Assembly (NCBI GenBank): GCA_038207335.1
Contig: JBBQZX010000018.1
Coordinates: forward strand, 1 to 64,000
Direction of reading: 5' to 3'
Source: Chthoniobacterales bacterium
Lineage (GTDB): Bacteria > Verrucomicrobiota > Verrucomicrobiia > Chthoniobacterales > Chthoniobacteraceae
Length of the DNA stretch: 64,000 nucleotides
Under the pieces are notes generated by a model, which saw only the letters and a list, made by a program, of their open reading frames with translations, searched no databases and was not told the origin of the DNA. The translations under genes and the position numbers were made by a program. This document shows positions 28,625-38,876 of this stretch, piece by piece. Within the stretch, counting starts at the first letter, position 1. Each line of letters starts with the position of its first letter.

Positions 28625-29260
28625 ATGCGTTTCCAAACTCTCTTCGAAGGCCGCCACATTTTCGCCACGGTCTTCGCGATCGCAGTCATCGCGTGGCTCG
28701 TCCACTGGACATGGCTCCTCGTGGTCGCCGCGCTGCTCTTCCTGTTTTGCATCAATTTTTTCCGCGATCCCGATCGCGAAACACCCGCTGATCCAAAGTC
28801 CGTGGTCGCCGCCGCTGATGGCACCGTCACGGACATCATCGAGATCGACGAAAACGAATTCCTCAAAGCCCGCTGCCAACGCGTCGGCATCTTCCTCTCG
28901 GTCTTCGACGTGCATGTGAACCGCGCGCCGATCGACGGCAAAGTCGTTTTCGTAAAGCACTACCCCGGCCTCTTTCTCGATGCCCGCCGCCCCGAGTGCT
29001 CGGTGAAAAACGAAGCGATGGCATGGGCATTCGAGCGCGCCGACGTGACCCTTTTCGTCCGCCAAATCACCGGCGCCATCGCCCGACGCATCGTGCCTTG
29101 GTCGCGGCTCGGCGACTCGGTGGGAAAAGGCGAGCGCTTCGGCATGATCCGCTTCGGCTCGAGGACGGAGGTCTATCTTCCCATGACCGCGAAGATCACC
29201 ACGAAGGTCGGCGACAAAGTGCAGGGCGGCGCCACGATCATCGCCGAACTCGCTTCTTAG
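28625..29260 (+). CDS. psd: Phosphatidylserine decarboxylase proenzyme
   Basis: FFRDPDR, IFLSVFDVHVNRAP; RFGSR autocleavage motif. Confidence 0.95.
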   Translation: MRFQTLFEGRHIFATVFAIAVIAWLVHWTWLLVVAALLFLFCINFFRDPDRETPADPKSVVAAADGTVTDIIEIDENEFLKARCQRVGIFLSVFDVHVNRAPIDGKVVFVKHYPGLFLDARRPECSVKNEAMAWAFERADVTLFVRQITGAIARRIVPWSRLGDSVGKGERFGMIRFGSRTEVYLPMTAKITTKVGDKVQGGATIIAELAS

Positions 29261-29275
29261 AGAATTGGGCCTCCC

Positions 29276-30103
29276 ATGAACGACCATCCCGACGACGGAC
29301 TGCCGAAAATTTATCTCCTGCCGAATTTGATGACGGCGGGGAATTTATGCTGCGGCTTCCTCGCCACGCTGAAGATCGTGGAGGGCGCGCTGCTCGAAAA
29401 GCTGAACGGCATCGACAGCGGGACACACAGCTTCCAAATGGCGATTTGGGCGATTCTAGGCGCGTGTCTTTTCGATGCGCTCGATGGCCGCGTGGCCCGC
29501 TGGGGCGGCAATGAGAGCCCGTTCGGGCGCGAGTTCGATTCGCTCGCGGACATCGTCTCATTCGGCGTCGCTCCCGCCCTCATGGTTTCGCGCGTAGTGC
29601 TGCGCGACTCGTCGAAACTCGGCTGGATGGTCGCCTCCATCTACCTTGTCTGCGGTGCCATGCGGCTCGCTCGTTTCAACTGCCTCGCTGCCGCGAACAG
29701 CGCCGCAGCGAACAAGGAATTCCGCGGATTTCCCATCCCCGCCGCCGCCGGGCTCGTCGCCTCACTCACGCTTTTCATGCTGTGGCTAAATAACTACCGC
29801 CTCGAGCACTGGCTCGCCGGATACGTGCTGCCGCCGCTGCTGCTGTTTCTCTCGTGGATGATGTTCAGCGCATTCCGATACCCGAGCTTCAAGGCGCTGA
29901 ATCTGCGCACCACGCGCTCCGCTCCGAAGTTCATCGCGATCGTCGCCGTGCTCATTGCGACCGTGATGTTCTACCAGTGGATGCCGTTCGCGATCTTCCT
30001 GACCTATCTGCTCTACGGCTTCCTGCGTCCCTTCCTCTCACGGAAGATGAAGCAGGAAATCGAAGACGAACTGGAAGACGACGAGCCCGGGATCGAGCCG
30101 TGA
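29276..30103 (+). CDS. pssA: CDP-diacylglycerol--serine O-phosphatidyltransferase
   Basis: LPNLMT, DALDGRVAR...DSLAD, RLARFN; follows psd. Confidence 0.95.
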   Translation: MNDHPDDGLPKIYLLPNLMTAGNLCCGFLATLKIVEGALLEKLNGIDSGTHSFQMAIWAILGACLFDALDGRVARWGGNESPFGREFDSLADIVSFGVAPALMVSRVVLRDSSKLGWMVASIYLVCGAMRLARFNCLAAANSAAANKEFRGFPIPAAAGLVASLTLFMLWLNNYRLEHWLAGYVLPPLLLFLSWMMFSAFRYPSFKALNLRTTRSAPKFIAIVAVLIATVMFYQWMPFAIFLTYLLYGFLRPFLSRKMKQEIEDELEDDEPGIEP

Positions 30104-30128
30104 AGCCAGCGCCAAAGCCGCTTCGCGG

Positions 30129-31124
30129 ATGAGCGACTTCGCGCAGAACGGCCTCATCACCACGCTGCAACAGCTCGGGGAAGATCGCTCGCCGACTCTC
30201 GAGCGAGAGCTGGCCAGATTCGCGGAAAAGCGACCCATCGCGCTCGTGCTGCCGTGCCACGGCGGCGATCTCGCGCGCCCGGCTTTCGAGCGCATCGTGC
30301 GCGAGTTGAGGGGTGCGGATTTCCTCGCCGAGATAGTACTGAGTGTGAATGCCGCGACCTCCGAGGACATGATCCGCGCCCGCGAAATTTGCGCGCCTCT
30401 ACCGCAGCGGGTGCGGTTCCTCGAGCACGACGGCGCAGGCGGAAAGGGCCGCAATGTCTCCGCCGCGCTCGCGCTGCTCTGCACAGAGGCTCGCGTGGAG
30501 ATCATCGCGTTGCAGGATTGCGACGTGCTCTCTTTTCGCCGCGAAAATCTCGCGCGGCTCTGCTTCGCGTGCGCTCATCCGGAGCTCGGATATTCATTCG
30601 CGAAAATGTACTATTCCCGTGCCACCGACCGCCTCTACGGCCGCGTCAGCCGCCTCTTTTTCGCCCCGCTTCTGCACGCGATTATCCGCCTCGCGGGGCA
30701 TCACCCGTTGCTCGATTTTCTCCTCAGCTTCCGATACCCGCTCGCCGGCGAGTGCGCTTTCACCCGCTCGGTCGCCGCCGCACTCCCGCCCGCCGATGGC
30801 TGGGCGCTGGAAGTCGGAATGCTCTGCGAACTCTTCCGCCGCATCGATCCGCGCGAAATCTGCCAAGTAGATGGCGGCAGCGGCTACGACCACAAGCACC
30901 AGCCCGCCACGACTGCTCTCACGGCGATGGCCCACGAAATCCGCGCCACCCTCCTCGCGCACCTCGCATCCGAGGGCCTCAACCTCTCGCCAGCGCCACT
31001 CGCCGCCGCTTACCGCCGCGAAGCAGCCGCCGCCCTCCGTCGCTCCGCTCATCTCGCGCTCATCAACGGTCTTCCTTTTGACGCCGTCGCCGAGTCGAAA
31101 ATCGTCGAGTCGTTCGCACTGTAG
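30129..31124 (+). CDS. Glycosyltransferase, glucosyl-3-phosphoglycerate synthase-like
   Basis: MSDFAQNGLITTL, GKGRNV, DCD, LYGRVSRL, YPLAGE and YDHKHQ motifs. Confidence 0.8.
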   Translation: MSDFAQNGLITTLQQLGEDRSPTLERELARFAEKRPIALVLPCHGGDLARPAFERIVRELRGADFLAEIVLSVNAATSEDMIRAREICAPLPQRVRFLEHDGAGGKGRNVSAALALLCTEARVEIIALQDCDVLSFRRENLARLCFACAHPELGYSFAKMYYSRATDRLYGRVSRLFFAPLLHAIIRLAGHHPLLDFLLSFRYPLAGECAFTRSVAAALPPADGWALEVGMLCELFRRIDPREICQVDGGSGYDHKHQPATTALTAMAHEIRATLLAHLASEGLNLSPAPLAAAYRREAAAALRRSAHLALINGLPFDAVAESKIVESFAL

Positions 31125-31140
31125 GCGGGATCTCAGCTAC
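31121..31140. repeat. Degenerate GTAG-type REP-like element between convergent genes
   Basis: GTAGGCGGGATCTCAGCTAC; related to the element at 49413-49438. Confidence 0.4.
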
Positions 31141-32714
31141 ACCTCCCGCACTACTTCGCGCGCCGTCTTGTCCTCGCGGATACCAAGGAAAACCGGGTGC
31201 CGCAGCTTCGCATCCGCCGTCCATTCCGTGAACTTCACCTGCGCCACAATTCGCGGCTCCAGCCACTGGCACCGTTTCATCTCCGCCGGCGTGATGTTGT
31301 GCGACCACCGTCCACCGCTCTTCTCCGGGAGATCGGCGAAAGGACATGTCTCTCGCCGGATTTTCTGGAACTTCGCATGCAGCGCCCGCAGCAGCTTCGT
31401 GTCGAACCCTGTCCCCACCTTCCCCGCAAACCGCAATTCTTTCCCCTCGAAATAGCCCACGAGCAGCGCACCGAAATGCTGACGCGTCCCCTGTGGCGCG
31501 GTGTAGCCGCCGATCACGAACTCCTGCTCGTGTACGCATTTCATTTTGATCCACGCCCCGCTTCGCCGCCCGCTTTCATATGCCGAATTGCGCTGCTTTC
31601 CGATAATCCCCTCGAGCCCGCGAGCCTTGACCTGCTCCAGCAGCGCCTCTGGCTCCGCCTCGATATTCGCGGAAAAACGCACCACGCCGCTCGCGTTATC
31701 CAGCAGCGGCTCTAGCCGCTCCCTTCGCTCCGAGAGCGGCAGTCCGCGCATGTCTTCACCATCGAGATTCAGCAGGTCGAAAATGTAGAAGCAAAGCGGC
31801 GGTCGCTCCTCGCCGAGTTCAAACGCCTGAAGCATCTGAAACGACGAACGCCCCTCCGAATCGAGCGCCACAATCTCCCCATCGAACACCGCCCGTTTCG
31901 CTCCGAGCGACGCGACCGCGACAGCCACCTCGGGAAATTTCTTCGTCAACGCCTTGTCGTTCCGCGAACGCAACTCCACCCCCGCGCCATCCTTCAGCGC
32001 CAGCACGCGAAACCCATCGAACTTCAACTCCCAGCTCCACTCTCCGCCTCGCGGCGGCGCACTCGCGAGCTTCGCCATCATCGGATCCGCAAATTTCGGC
32101 GCCATTCCTCCGCGCGCCGGCGTTTGCTTTTTTGTCGTGGTTCTCTTCTTCGATTCCCACTTCGCGTCCTTGTCTGCCGTGATCTGCCGCATGGTCCGAC
32201 CACTGATCGCCGATTCATCGTCGCGCTTCTTGGAGACCGGCCGCATCCCATCGCCGCTCTTGATCAATAGCCACTCCTCGCCCTTCCGCGTCTGCACCAG
32301 CGTCCACTCGCCAGAGAGCTTCGCTCCTTCGAGTGAAAAGTGCAGCTTACCCGCTTCCAAATCCTCCTGTGGCGCGCCTCCCAGCGGTTCCCAAGTTCCG
32401 AAGTCCCATACCATGACCGTTCCGCCGCCGTACTGCCCTGCCGGGATGATTCCCTCGAAGCTCGCATAGTCGATCGGGTGATCCTCCACCTGCACCGCCA
32501 GCCGCTTCTCCGCATTGGCGAATGGCATTCCCTTTGGCACCGCCCACGATTTCAGCGCGCCGCCCAGCTCTAGCCGGAAATCATAGTGCAGCCGCGAAGC
32601 ATCATGCTTTTGAATGACGAACCGCAGCTTCCCGGAGCCCTTCCTTCCTTTGCCCGCCCCCGGCTCGGCGGTTTTCGAAAAATCACGCTTCCGCTGGTAC
32701 TCGCGCAGCGACAT
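31137..32714 (-). CDS. ligD: NHEJ DNA ligase D (3'-phosphoesterase plus ATP-dependent ligase; no polymerase domain)
   Basis: HDASRLHYDFRLE, KSWAVPKG, ELKFDGFR, EGIIGK and LRHPVFLGIREDK motifs. Confidence 0.93.
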   Translation of the reverse strand: MSLREYQRKRDFSKTAEPGAGKGRKGSGKLRFVIQKHDASRLHYDFRLELGGALKSWAVPKGMPFANAEKRLAVQVEDHPIDYASFEGIIPAGQYGGGTVMVWDFGTWEPLGGAPQEDLEAGKLHFSLEGAKLSGEWTLVQTRKGEEWLLIKSGDGMRPVSKKRDDESAISGRTMRQITADKDAKWESKKRTTTKKQTPARGGMAPKFADPMMAKLASAPPRGGEWSWELKFDGFRVLALKDGAGVELRSRNDKALTKKFPEVAVAVASLGAKRAVFDGEIVALDSEGRSSFQMLQAFELGEERPPLCFYIFDLLNLDGEDMRGLPLSERRERLEPLLDNASGVVRFSANIEAEPEALLEQVKARGLEGIIGKQRNSAYESGRRSGAWIKMKCVHEQEFVIGGYTAPQGTRQHFGALLVGYFEGKELRFAGKVGTGFDTKLLRALHAKFQKIRRETCPFADLPEKSGGRWSHNITPAEMKRCQWLEPRIVAQVKFTEWTADAKLRHPVFLGIREDKTAREVVREV

Positions 32715-32720
32715 CTCAAG

Positions 32721-33557
32721 TTATGCCGCGTTCTTGTGCGCGCGGCCTTTTGCCGGCGGCTTCGACTTTCCACCCTTCTTTCCCGCCCCAGTCTTCTCGA
32801 GACTCTGCTGCAGCACTGCGACGAGATCGATGACCTTCGTCGCCCGCTGAGTCTTCGGTGCCTTGCCGGCCGCCTTGTCCGGATGTTCGACCTTCTCCTC
32901 GATGAGCTTCTCCAGCGCCAGCCGATAGTCATCGGTATAACGCTCCGGCTCCCACTTATCCGTCATCGAAGCGATCAAGGACTTCGCCATTTCCAATTCT
33001 TTCTTACCTACTTCCACTTTTGCAGGCGGCTTGAATTCCGCCACATCCACAAGTTCATCCGCAAAACGCATGAGTTCCAGCATGAGCCCCCGTTCGTGCG
33101 GCTTTACAGCCGCCAGATGCTGACGTGTCCTGATAACCACCTTGGCAATCCCGATCTTCCCAGTGGCCTGAAGTGCTTCGCGCAAAAGCACATACGCTTT
33201 GTCCCCTCCCTTTTCCGGCTCCATGTAGTAGGGCTTGTAAAAGTAGATCGGGTTGACTTCTTCCAGCTCCACAAAGTCCGTAATTTCCACAGTCTGCGTC
33301 GCCTCAATGTCCACCCGCTCAAAATCCTCGTCCTTCAAGACGACAAATCGCCCTTTCTCAAACTCATACCCCTTGACGATCTGATCCCATGCGACTTCCT
33401 TCCCATCAACCTCGGCGACGCGCTTGTAGTTCACTGGGCTGAGATCACTCAATCGCAGCAGCCGAAATTTCAACTCTTCACGGCGCGCCGCCGAGTATAA
33501 GGCGACGGGGATATTGACCAACCCGAAGCTGATCGCCCCTTTCCAAATCGCACGCAT
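32721..33557 (-). CDS. ku: NHEJ protein Ku
   Basis: MRAIWKGAISFGLVNIPV; basic C-terminal tail. Confidence 0.95.
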   Translation of the reverse strand: MRAIWKGAISFGLVNIPVALYSAARREELKFRLLRLSDLSPVNYKRVAEVDGKEVAWDQIVKGYEFEKGRFVVLKDEDFERVDIEATQTVEITDFVELEEVNPIYFYKPYYMEPEKGGDKAYVLLREALQATGKIGIAKVVIRTRQHLAAVKPHERGLMLELMRFADELVDVAEFKPPAKVEVGKKELEMAKSLIASMTDKWEPERYTDDYRLALEKLIEEKVEHPDKAAGKAPKTQRATKVIDLVAVLQQSLEKTGAGKKGGKSKPPAKGRAHKNAA

Positions 33558-33610
33558 TGCCAAAGGAAGAGGCGATGATCTATTCCGGTTGTTTCACGGC
33601 TTTCGGCACC

Positions 33611-33730
33611 TCACGTGCAACCGCGGAGCAGGAAGAACAAGAAGAGGATTGGAATAGGAATTCCGAGGACCCAGAGAAGGATCCAACCCATCGCACCTTC
33701 AGTCGATTGCCGGTAGTCGTTCATTTTCAT
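33611..33730 (-). CDS. Small membrane protein (39 aa)
   Basis: Below the track cutoff. MKMNDYRQSTEGAMGWILLWVLGIPIPILFLFFLLRGCT; single TM; co-oriented with yciF-like and ku genes. Confidence 0.65.
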   Translation of the reverse strand: MKMNDYRQSTEGAMGWILLWVLGIPIPILFLFFLLRGCT

Positions 33731-33783
33731 ACAATCCATTCGCGTGTGGATTTCGGGTTGCGCGTAACTCCGCGCCGCAGCGC

Positions 33784-33817
33784 AAAAAAACCCCGGACCG
33801 TCAAAGACAGCCCGGGG
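33784..33817 (-). terminator. Rho-independent terminator after the ferritin-like gene
   Basis: Minus strand ccccgggctgtc-ttt-gacggtccgggg followed by T7. Confidence 0.75.
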
Positions 33818-33855
33818 TGCTTCATGGTCGTGAATGCCGAGGACAGGCGAATCGA

Positions 33856-34359
33856 TTACTCTTCGCTCAGCGCCATAGCCGCGGGGTTCACAGCGCTTTC
33901 CGCAAGCGATGTCAGCTTCTCGTCCGTTGCAGACTCTTCATCCTCCGTGGTCCGGAGAAGCTCTGCCGCGTCGTCTTCGCCCAGCGTTTCCGCGAGAGTG
34001 CGGACCGTGCCGTATCCGGAGATTTCGTAGTGCTCCACCTTTTGCGCGATGGCGATCAAAGCCACGTCGAGCATTTCCTTTGGCATGTCTTCTTCCACGC
34101 CTTTTTCGCCTTCCGCGATGAGTCCTTCCATCGCAAGGCACTTCTCCACCCGGTTGCTTTCGCCGAGTCCATCCAGGATTTTTTCGAGGCGCTTTGCGTG
34201 CTCTTCCGTCTGCGTGAGATGCTCCTCGAATCCGGCCGCCAGCTCTTCATTGGTTGCAGCCTTGGCCATCTTCGGGAGCGCCTTGATGAGTTGTCTTTCT
34301 GCGCTGAGGAGATCCTTCAGTTCGTGAACGTAAAGGTCTCGGAGTGATTTGATTTTCAT
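33856..34359 (-). CDS. Ferritin-like stress protein, YciE/YciF (DUF892)
   Basis: LKDLLSAERQLIKALPKM, HLTQTEEH, QKVEHYEI and EESATDEKL motifs. Confidence 0.92.
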   Translation of the reverse strand: MKIKSLRDLYVHELKDLLSAERQLIKALPKMAKAATNEELAAGFEEHLTQTEEHAKRLEKILDGLGESNRVEKCLAMEGLIAEGEKGVEEDMPKEMLDVALIAIAQKVEHYEISGYGTVRTLAETLGEDDAAELLRTTEDEESATDEKLTSLAESAVNPAAMALSEE

Positions 34360-34486
34360 AGCATGGACAATTCGCGTTTCTCTTTCCGTGGGGATGTTTC
34401 CGAAACGGGAAATCCCACCCTATGCAGGGATCAGGGTGAACGGCCAACGCGCTTTTCTCCCGCGAATTACAGTCACTCTTACTACC

Positions 34487-34945
34487 ATGTCAGCCTCTCA
34501 AAACCACGCCTCCAATCAGTCATCCAAATCCATCCGGGACACATTCGTCCTCATATCGAAAAGCACGTCGAAAGCCGTAGGTTCCGCGTGGGCTTTCGCC
34601 ACGGCAATTCTGGCCATTCTGATCTGGGTGGCGTGCGGTCCGCTCTTCAATTACTCCGACACATGGCAACTAGTCATCAATACCAGCACCACCATCGTCA
34701 CCTTCCTCATGGTCTTCCTGATTCAAAGCACGCAGAACCGCGACTCGAAAGCTGTGCATCTCAAGCTCGACGAACTTATCCGCGCAATGGCAGGAGCGCG
34801 CAACGACATGCTCGACTCGGAAGAACTCACTGAGGACGAACTCGAAAAGCTGGCGGGCGAGTTCAAGGCGCTCCATGACAAAGCCTGCGCGACGTTGGAA
34901 ACCAAGAGCGGGAAGAAAAGCCGGTCACGCCGCGAGTCCGCGTAG
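34487..34945 (+). CDS. Low-affinity iron permease family protein
   Basis: YSDTWQLVINTSTTIVTFLMVFLIQSTQNRDSKAVHLKLDELI signature. Confidence 0.9.
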   Translation: MSASQNHASNQSSKSIRDTFVLISKSTSKAVGSAWAFATAILAILIWVACGPLFNYSDTWQLVINTSTTIVTFLMVFLIQSTQNRDSKAVHLKLDELIRAMAGARNDMLDSEELTEDELEKLAGEFKALHDKACATLETKSGKKSRSRRESA

Positions 34946-35027
34946 TCCGCAGCCGCCGCTCGCATCTTCCTCGACTCGCGCCGCGCTCCGCAATACGACT
35001 CCGTAGAATGCGCCAACCGCTGACTCG

Positions 35028-36434
35028 ATGACCGGCATTCTCATTGCCGGCTACGTCCTGACTTGGGCCGCCATCCCGCACGTCCTCCTCTCGAAAAAAC
35101 GTCCTGCGGCGACGCTCGCATGGGTTTGGTCGATCCTCCTTTTTCCCTACCTCGGCGCGCTCGCTTATCTGCTACTCGGTGCCGATCGTATCAAGCGCAA
35201 GCGCCTGCGCCGTGCGGCACAGGCAAAGTTTTCGCGCCATGGGGAAAATGCCGCAGCAACGGAGAAAGTCAGCAATCAATCCCCGGCTGCCGCGTCGCTC
35301 GTACGCGCTCTCGCCAGCATCAACGAAATACCGCCCGCCATCGGCACCGACCTGCGGCTGCTTGTCGATGCCTGCACATTCTACCCCGCCCTGCTCGAGC
35401 GCATCGCATCCGCAAAACATCACGTTCACATCGAGTTCTTCGTGTGGCGCGCCGATGCCCGCGGGCGCGAATTTCTCGATTCTCTCGTCGCCGCGGCGCG
35501 GCGCGGCGTGCAAGTGCGGTTGCTCGTCGATCAGGTCGGTCGCTTCGGGACCGGGCTCTCGTTTTTCGATCCTCTTCGCGAAGCCGGAGGTCAATTTGCA
35601 TGCTTTCACTCCATGCCTTTTCGCCGCCACTCGCGGCTTTTGAATCTCCGCAATCATCGCAAGCTGCAGATCATAGACGGCGAGGTCGCCTTCGTCGGCG
35701 GGATGAATATCGGACGCGAATATGCCGGCGAAGATCCAGCCATCGGCGCATGGCGCGATTTGCAGATCGAAGTGCGGGGAAACGTGGTGACCTTTCTCCA
35801 AGAAACGTTTGCCACGGATTGGTATTACGCCACGGAGGAAAAGATTCTCGGCGCCGAGTTCTATCCAGAAGCGCTGTCAGGTGAAGGTCACCTGTGCCAG
35901 GTCGTCGCCGGCGGGCCCGACCTTCCGCGCGAGCCGATTCCAAAGTCCCTTACCACGCTGCTCAACTTTGCCTCGCGTCGTGTTTGGATCGCCACGGGTT
36001 ACTTCGCTCCAGACATCCTCTTACTTTCCGCCTTGCAAATCTGCGCTGCTCGCGGGATTGACGTGCGCCTCTTGGTATCGCGAAAATCGGACCATCCTTA
36101 CATCGTCATCGTCGGGCGATCCTACTACGAAGACCTGCTCTCGTGGGGCATCCGAGTCTTCGAGTACGAGAAGGGGCTGAATCACACCAAAGCCATCCTC
36201 ATCGATGAGGAATGGCTGATGGTCGGCTCCGCGAATTCCGACAACCGTTCGATGCGGCTGAACTTCGAGCTCAACCTCCTCGCGCACGCCCCGGAACAAG
36301 CGCGTGAACTCGACGCAATGATGCGGGAAGACTTCGCTGCCAGCAGGGAAGTCACGAAGCATGACCTGGCTGCGAAGACCTTTGCCGTGAGACTGGGGGA
36401 GGCAGCCCTCCGCCCCTTCGCGCCGCTTTTTTAG
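35028..36434 (+). CDS. cls: Cardiolipin synthase
   Basis: Two N-terminal TMs; two HKD motifs (NHRKLQIID and NHTKAILID); GSANSD. Confidence 0.92.
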   Translation: MTGILIAGYVLTWAAIPHVLLSKKRPAATLAWVWSILLFPYLGALAYLLLGADRIKRKRLRRAAQAKFSRHGENAAATEKVSNQSPAAASLVRALASINEIPPAIGTDLRLLVDACTFYPALLERIASAKHHVHIEFFVWRADARGREFLDSLVAAARRGVQVRLLVDQVGRFGTGLSFFDPLREAGGQFACFHSMPFRRHSRLLNLRNHRKLQIIDGEVAFVGGMNIGREYAGEDPAIGAWRDLQIEVRGNVVTFLQETFATDWYYATEEKILGAEFYPEALSGEGHLCQVVAGGPDLPREPIPKSLTTLLNFASRRVWIATGYFAPDILLLSALQICAARGIDVRLLVSRKSDHPYIVIVGRSYYEDLLSWGIRVFEYEKGLNHTKAILIDEEWLMVGSANSDNRSMRLNFELNLLAHAPEQARELDAMMREDFAASREVTKHDLAAKTFAVRLGEAALRPFAPLF

Positions 36435-36458
36435 AAGAATCGCACACCTCTACCAATC

Positions 36459-37223
36459 CTACTGCGGATGCGCCGCGGCGTAATCCGCCTGCGCCGCGCG
36501 CAAGGCCAGCGCGTTGGCGTATCCATCGCCGAAGAAGAGTCGCATCTGCGCGTCGCTTTTTGGCTGCGCTTCGTTCCATCGCTCCGCGTATGCAGGGTCG
36601 TTCGGGCTCTGACGTTCACCGCCGATATCCTTCACAAATTCATCGCGCAGAGTATCGAGCGCCTTCGCTTGAGTGGGAGTAAACCCAGCCGCGACTGGAT
36701 CGATCCCCTGCAATGCGAGCGGCAGTGGCGCAGGCTTTGCACTGGCAGTTGAGTTACTCGCTGGAACAGCGGAAGGCGTGTTGGAAACTCCGCCACGGCC
36801 TCCGTTGATTCGTGCGGAGAAGGTCGGTTGATTGGCGGGGTGAAAAGAATTCGCTTCAGGCTGTCCCGGCAGGCTGCGCACCGCCCCCGCATCGCCTTGG
36901 CTTTCTCGTCCTTTTGCAGGCGGCGCGGTCTGAACTTCAGCTCTCGGCGTAACGAGAACCAGTGCGGACGCGGTATTGCCCATTTGAGGCGTCGATGCTC
37001 TCGGTGCCACACTTCGATCGGCAGCAGCGCTCTTCACGATGGCTGACAAGGGATGCGTGGGCGGGGGGTGAAAATCGGGGGCGGCTGTTAGTGCTGGCGC
37101 CGACGCCGGCGCCGAGAGCGTGGTCGTCTCCGCTTCGGGCTGAACTTTCAAATAGATCGCAGCGCCAGCGATCACGACGACCAGGGGCAGGATGGCGGCG
37201 AGAGGAGTCAGGCGGAAAGTCAT
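36459..37223 (-). CDS. Hypothetical membrane-anchored protein (Pro/Ala linker, helical C-terminal domain)
   Basis: N-terminal TM from MTFRLTP; ordered C-terminus DPAYAERWNEAQPKSD. Confidence 0.6.
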   Translation of the reverse strand: MTFRLTPLAAILPLVVVIAGAAIYLKVQPEAETTTLSAPASAPALTAAPDFHPPPTHPLSAIVKSAAADRSVAPRASTPQMGNTASALVLVTPRAEVQTAPPAKGRESQGDAGAVRSLPGQPEANSFHPANQPTFSARINGGRGGVSNTPSAVPASNSTASAKPAPLPLALQGIDPVAAGFTPTQAKALDTLRDEFVKDIGGERQSPNDPAYAERWNEAQPKSDAQMRLFFGDGYANALALRAAQADYAAAHPQ

Positions 37224-37358
37224 GGGCGGGTTGATTGTTTTACGAAAAGAGCCGGTGCGGGCGTTTCCACCTGCACCGGCACGATTGAATTTCGAGAAGC
37301 TACACGGAAGGCGAGCGCGCCCGGCAATCTCAGCCGGACGCGCTACCAACCAATCGTC

Positions 37359-38828
37359 TTACTTCTGCGAAAGGAATCCGCCGTCTTCGTCGCGCGACAC
37401 GGTCATCGACGCATCATCGGCGAGGCCGGCGAAGGAGTAGTCGAAGTTTAGGATGCGGTTCTTGATCGCGGTGGCGCCGCTGAATTTGAACCCGCTGGTG
37501 CCGATGACGCTGCTCTTCCAGAGCATCTGCTCATAGTTCCAGAAGGTGTAGGTGCCATTGCGCACGGTCGAGGGCAGGAGCGCCCCGATGACGACGCCAG
37601 CCAGCGCGCCGTCGGTCACGGTCGAGTTCCTGTCGAGCGTGATCGTGTTGGCGCCAGCATTGATGCTCAGGATCGACGCTCCCGGCGCGATGCCGTTGCC
37701 GCTGATCACTTGGCCGACGACCAGGCCGGTCGTGTCGTTGAGCGCGCCCGCGACGAGGCCGACCACCGGGCTGCCGTTGGTGACGGAAACGGTGGCGGGC
37801 TTCTTAGCAGTGCCGCCGTATCCGGCCACACCGTTGAAGCTCAGGTAGCGTGCATTGCCCTGGTCTGCACCGGTCAGCGAGGTGAAGGCGTCGAACACCG
37901 CGGTGTAGGAGTCCGCTTCACCGACGTAGCCGATGAATGAAGTCGGGGCCGTGGTGCCACGCGCCGTGTCGGTGACATTCATCGTCGTGTAGCGCAGGAA
38001 TTTGCCGACCGTGCCGCCGCTGCTCTCGCCGTCGTTGCCTGCGTCAGGCACGCTGGCCGTTGGGGGATACTGGGCGATGCTGAGGACCGTGTTCAGACTG
38101 CCGGCTGTGGTGGAAAGCGTCGGCTTGTACTGGCGCACGACGTTCTGCGTGCCGTAGCCGGGCTCCGCGAGCGAGTCGAGACGCGTGCCCGAGAAAGGAT
38201 CGCGGCCGACGGCATAGATGTATTGCGTGTCAGCCGGGTTGTTCGTGAAGAACGAAACCGCGATGCGGCCCGTATTGTAGAGCGCCTTGAAGTTCTGCGC
38301 GGTCATGTTCGTCACTCCCGCAGGCGTGTCCTTGCTCGCGACATACGCGAACGGGATGATCCCGACCTTGAACGCGATGTTCAGATTGGGCGTGAGGAAG
38401 GTCGTCGAACTCTGCTTGTTGTCGGACATCGCGATTTCCGGCGCCTCACTGACGCTGGTCGCGAGGTTCGGCGTGCCGCTGGGCGAGACGGTGGTGCCGT
38501 CGGCGATGAAGGGCAGGTTGTTCGGGACGGAGACGTCGCGGATGCCTGCGCCGGAGCCGGACCAGTTCGTCTTGATCGTAAAGACCTCCGTCGCGGAGAC
38601 GGACGGAATTTTCCCGATGAAGATGTGACTGGCCGCACCGGTGAAGCTCGTGCCGACGTAGCCGTAGCCTTCGCCATTACCGCTGAAGGTCATGACGTTC
38701 TTGATGGCGTTCACGGTCGCGGAGCGAAACGCAGTGGAGCCGGTGAGGCGGATGCCGGTCGCCGCGGAGGCGTCCTGGATCATGGAGAGAGCGGCGATGC
38801 TGGCCGCGAGGATGTAGGTCTTTTTCAT
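37359..38828 (-). CDS. Secreted protein resembling PstS/periplasmic binding proteins
   Basis: Signal peptide; LTGSTAF, AMSD, GRDPFSGTR and NGTYTFW echo PstS-family motifs. Confidence 0.6.
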   Translation of the reverse strand: MKKTYILAASIAALSMIQDASAATGIRLTGSTAFRSATVNAIKNVMTFSGNGEGYGYVGTSFTGAASHIFIGKIPSVSATEVFTIKTNWSGSGAGIRDVSVPNNLPFIADGTTVSPSGTPNLATSVSEAPEIAMSDNKQSSTTFLTPNLNIAFKVGIIPFAYVASKDTPAGVTNMTAQNFKALYNTGRIAVSFFTNNPADTQYIYAVGRDPFSGTRLDSLAEPGYGTQNVVRQYKPTLSTTAGSLNTVLSIAQYPPTASVPDAGNDGESSGGTVGKFLRYTTMNVTDTARGTTAPTSFIGYVGEADSYTAVFDAFTSLTGADQGNARYLSFNGVAGYGGTAKKPATVSVTNGSPVVGLVAGALNDTTGLVVGQVISGNGIAPGASILSINAGANTITLDRNSTVTDGALAGVVIGALLPSTVRNGTYTFWNYEQMLWKSSVIGTSGFKFSGATAIKNRILNFDYSFAGLADDASMTVSRDEDGGFLSQK

Positions 38829-38876
38829 GTGAATATGGAGGTTAGTGAGATGTCGGAGTCGGTGGGTTGGATTGAG

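Noticed and set aside
33557..34030. Plus-strand 157-aa ORF
   Set aside because: Antisense to the yciF-like gene and to the minus-strand microprotein, which fit far better.
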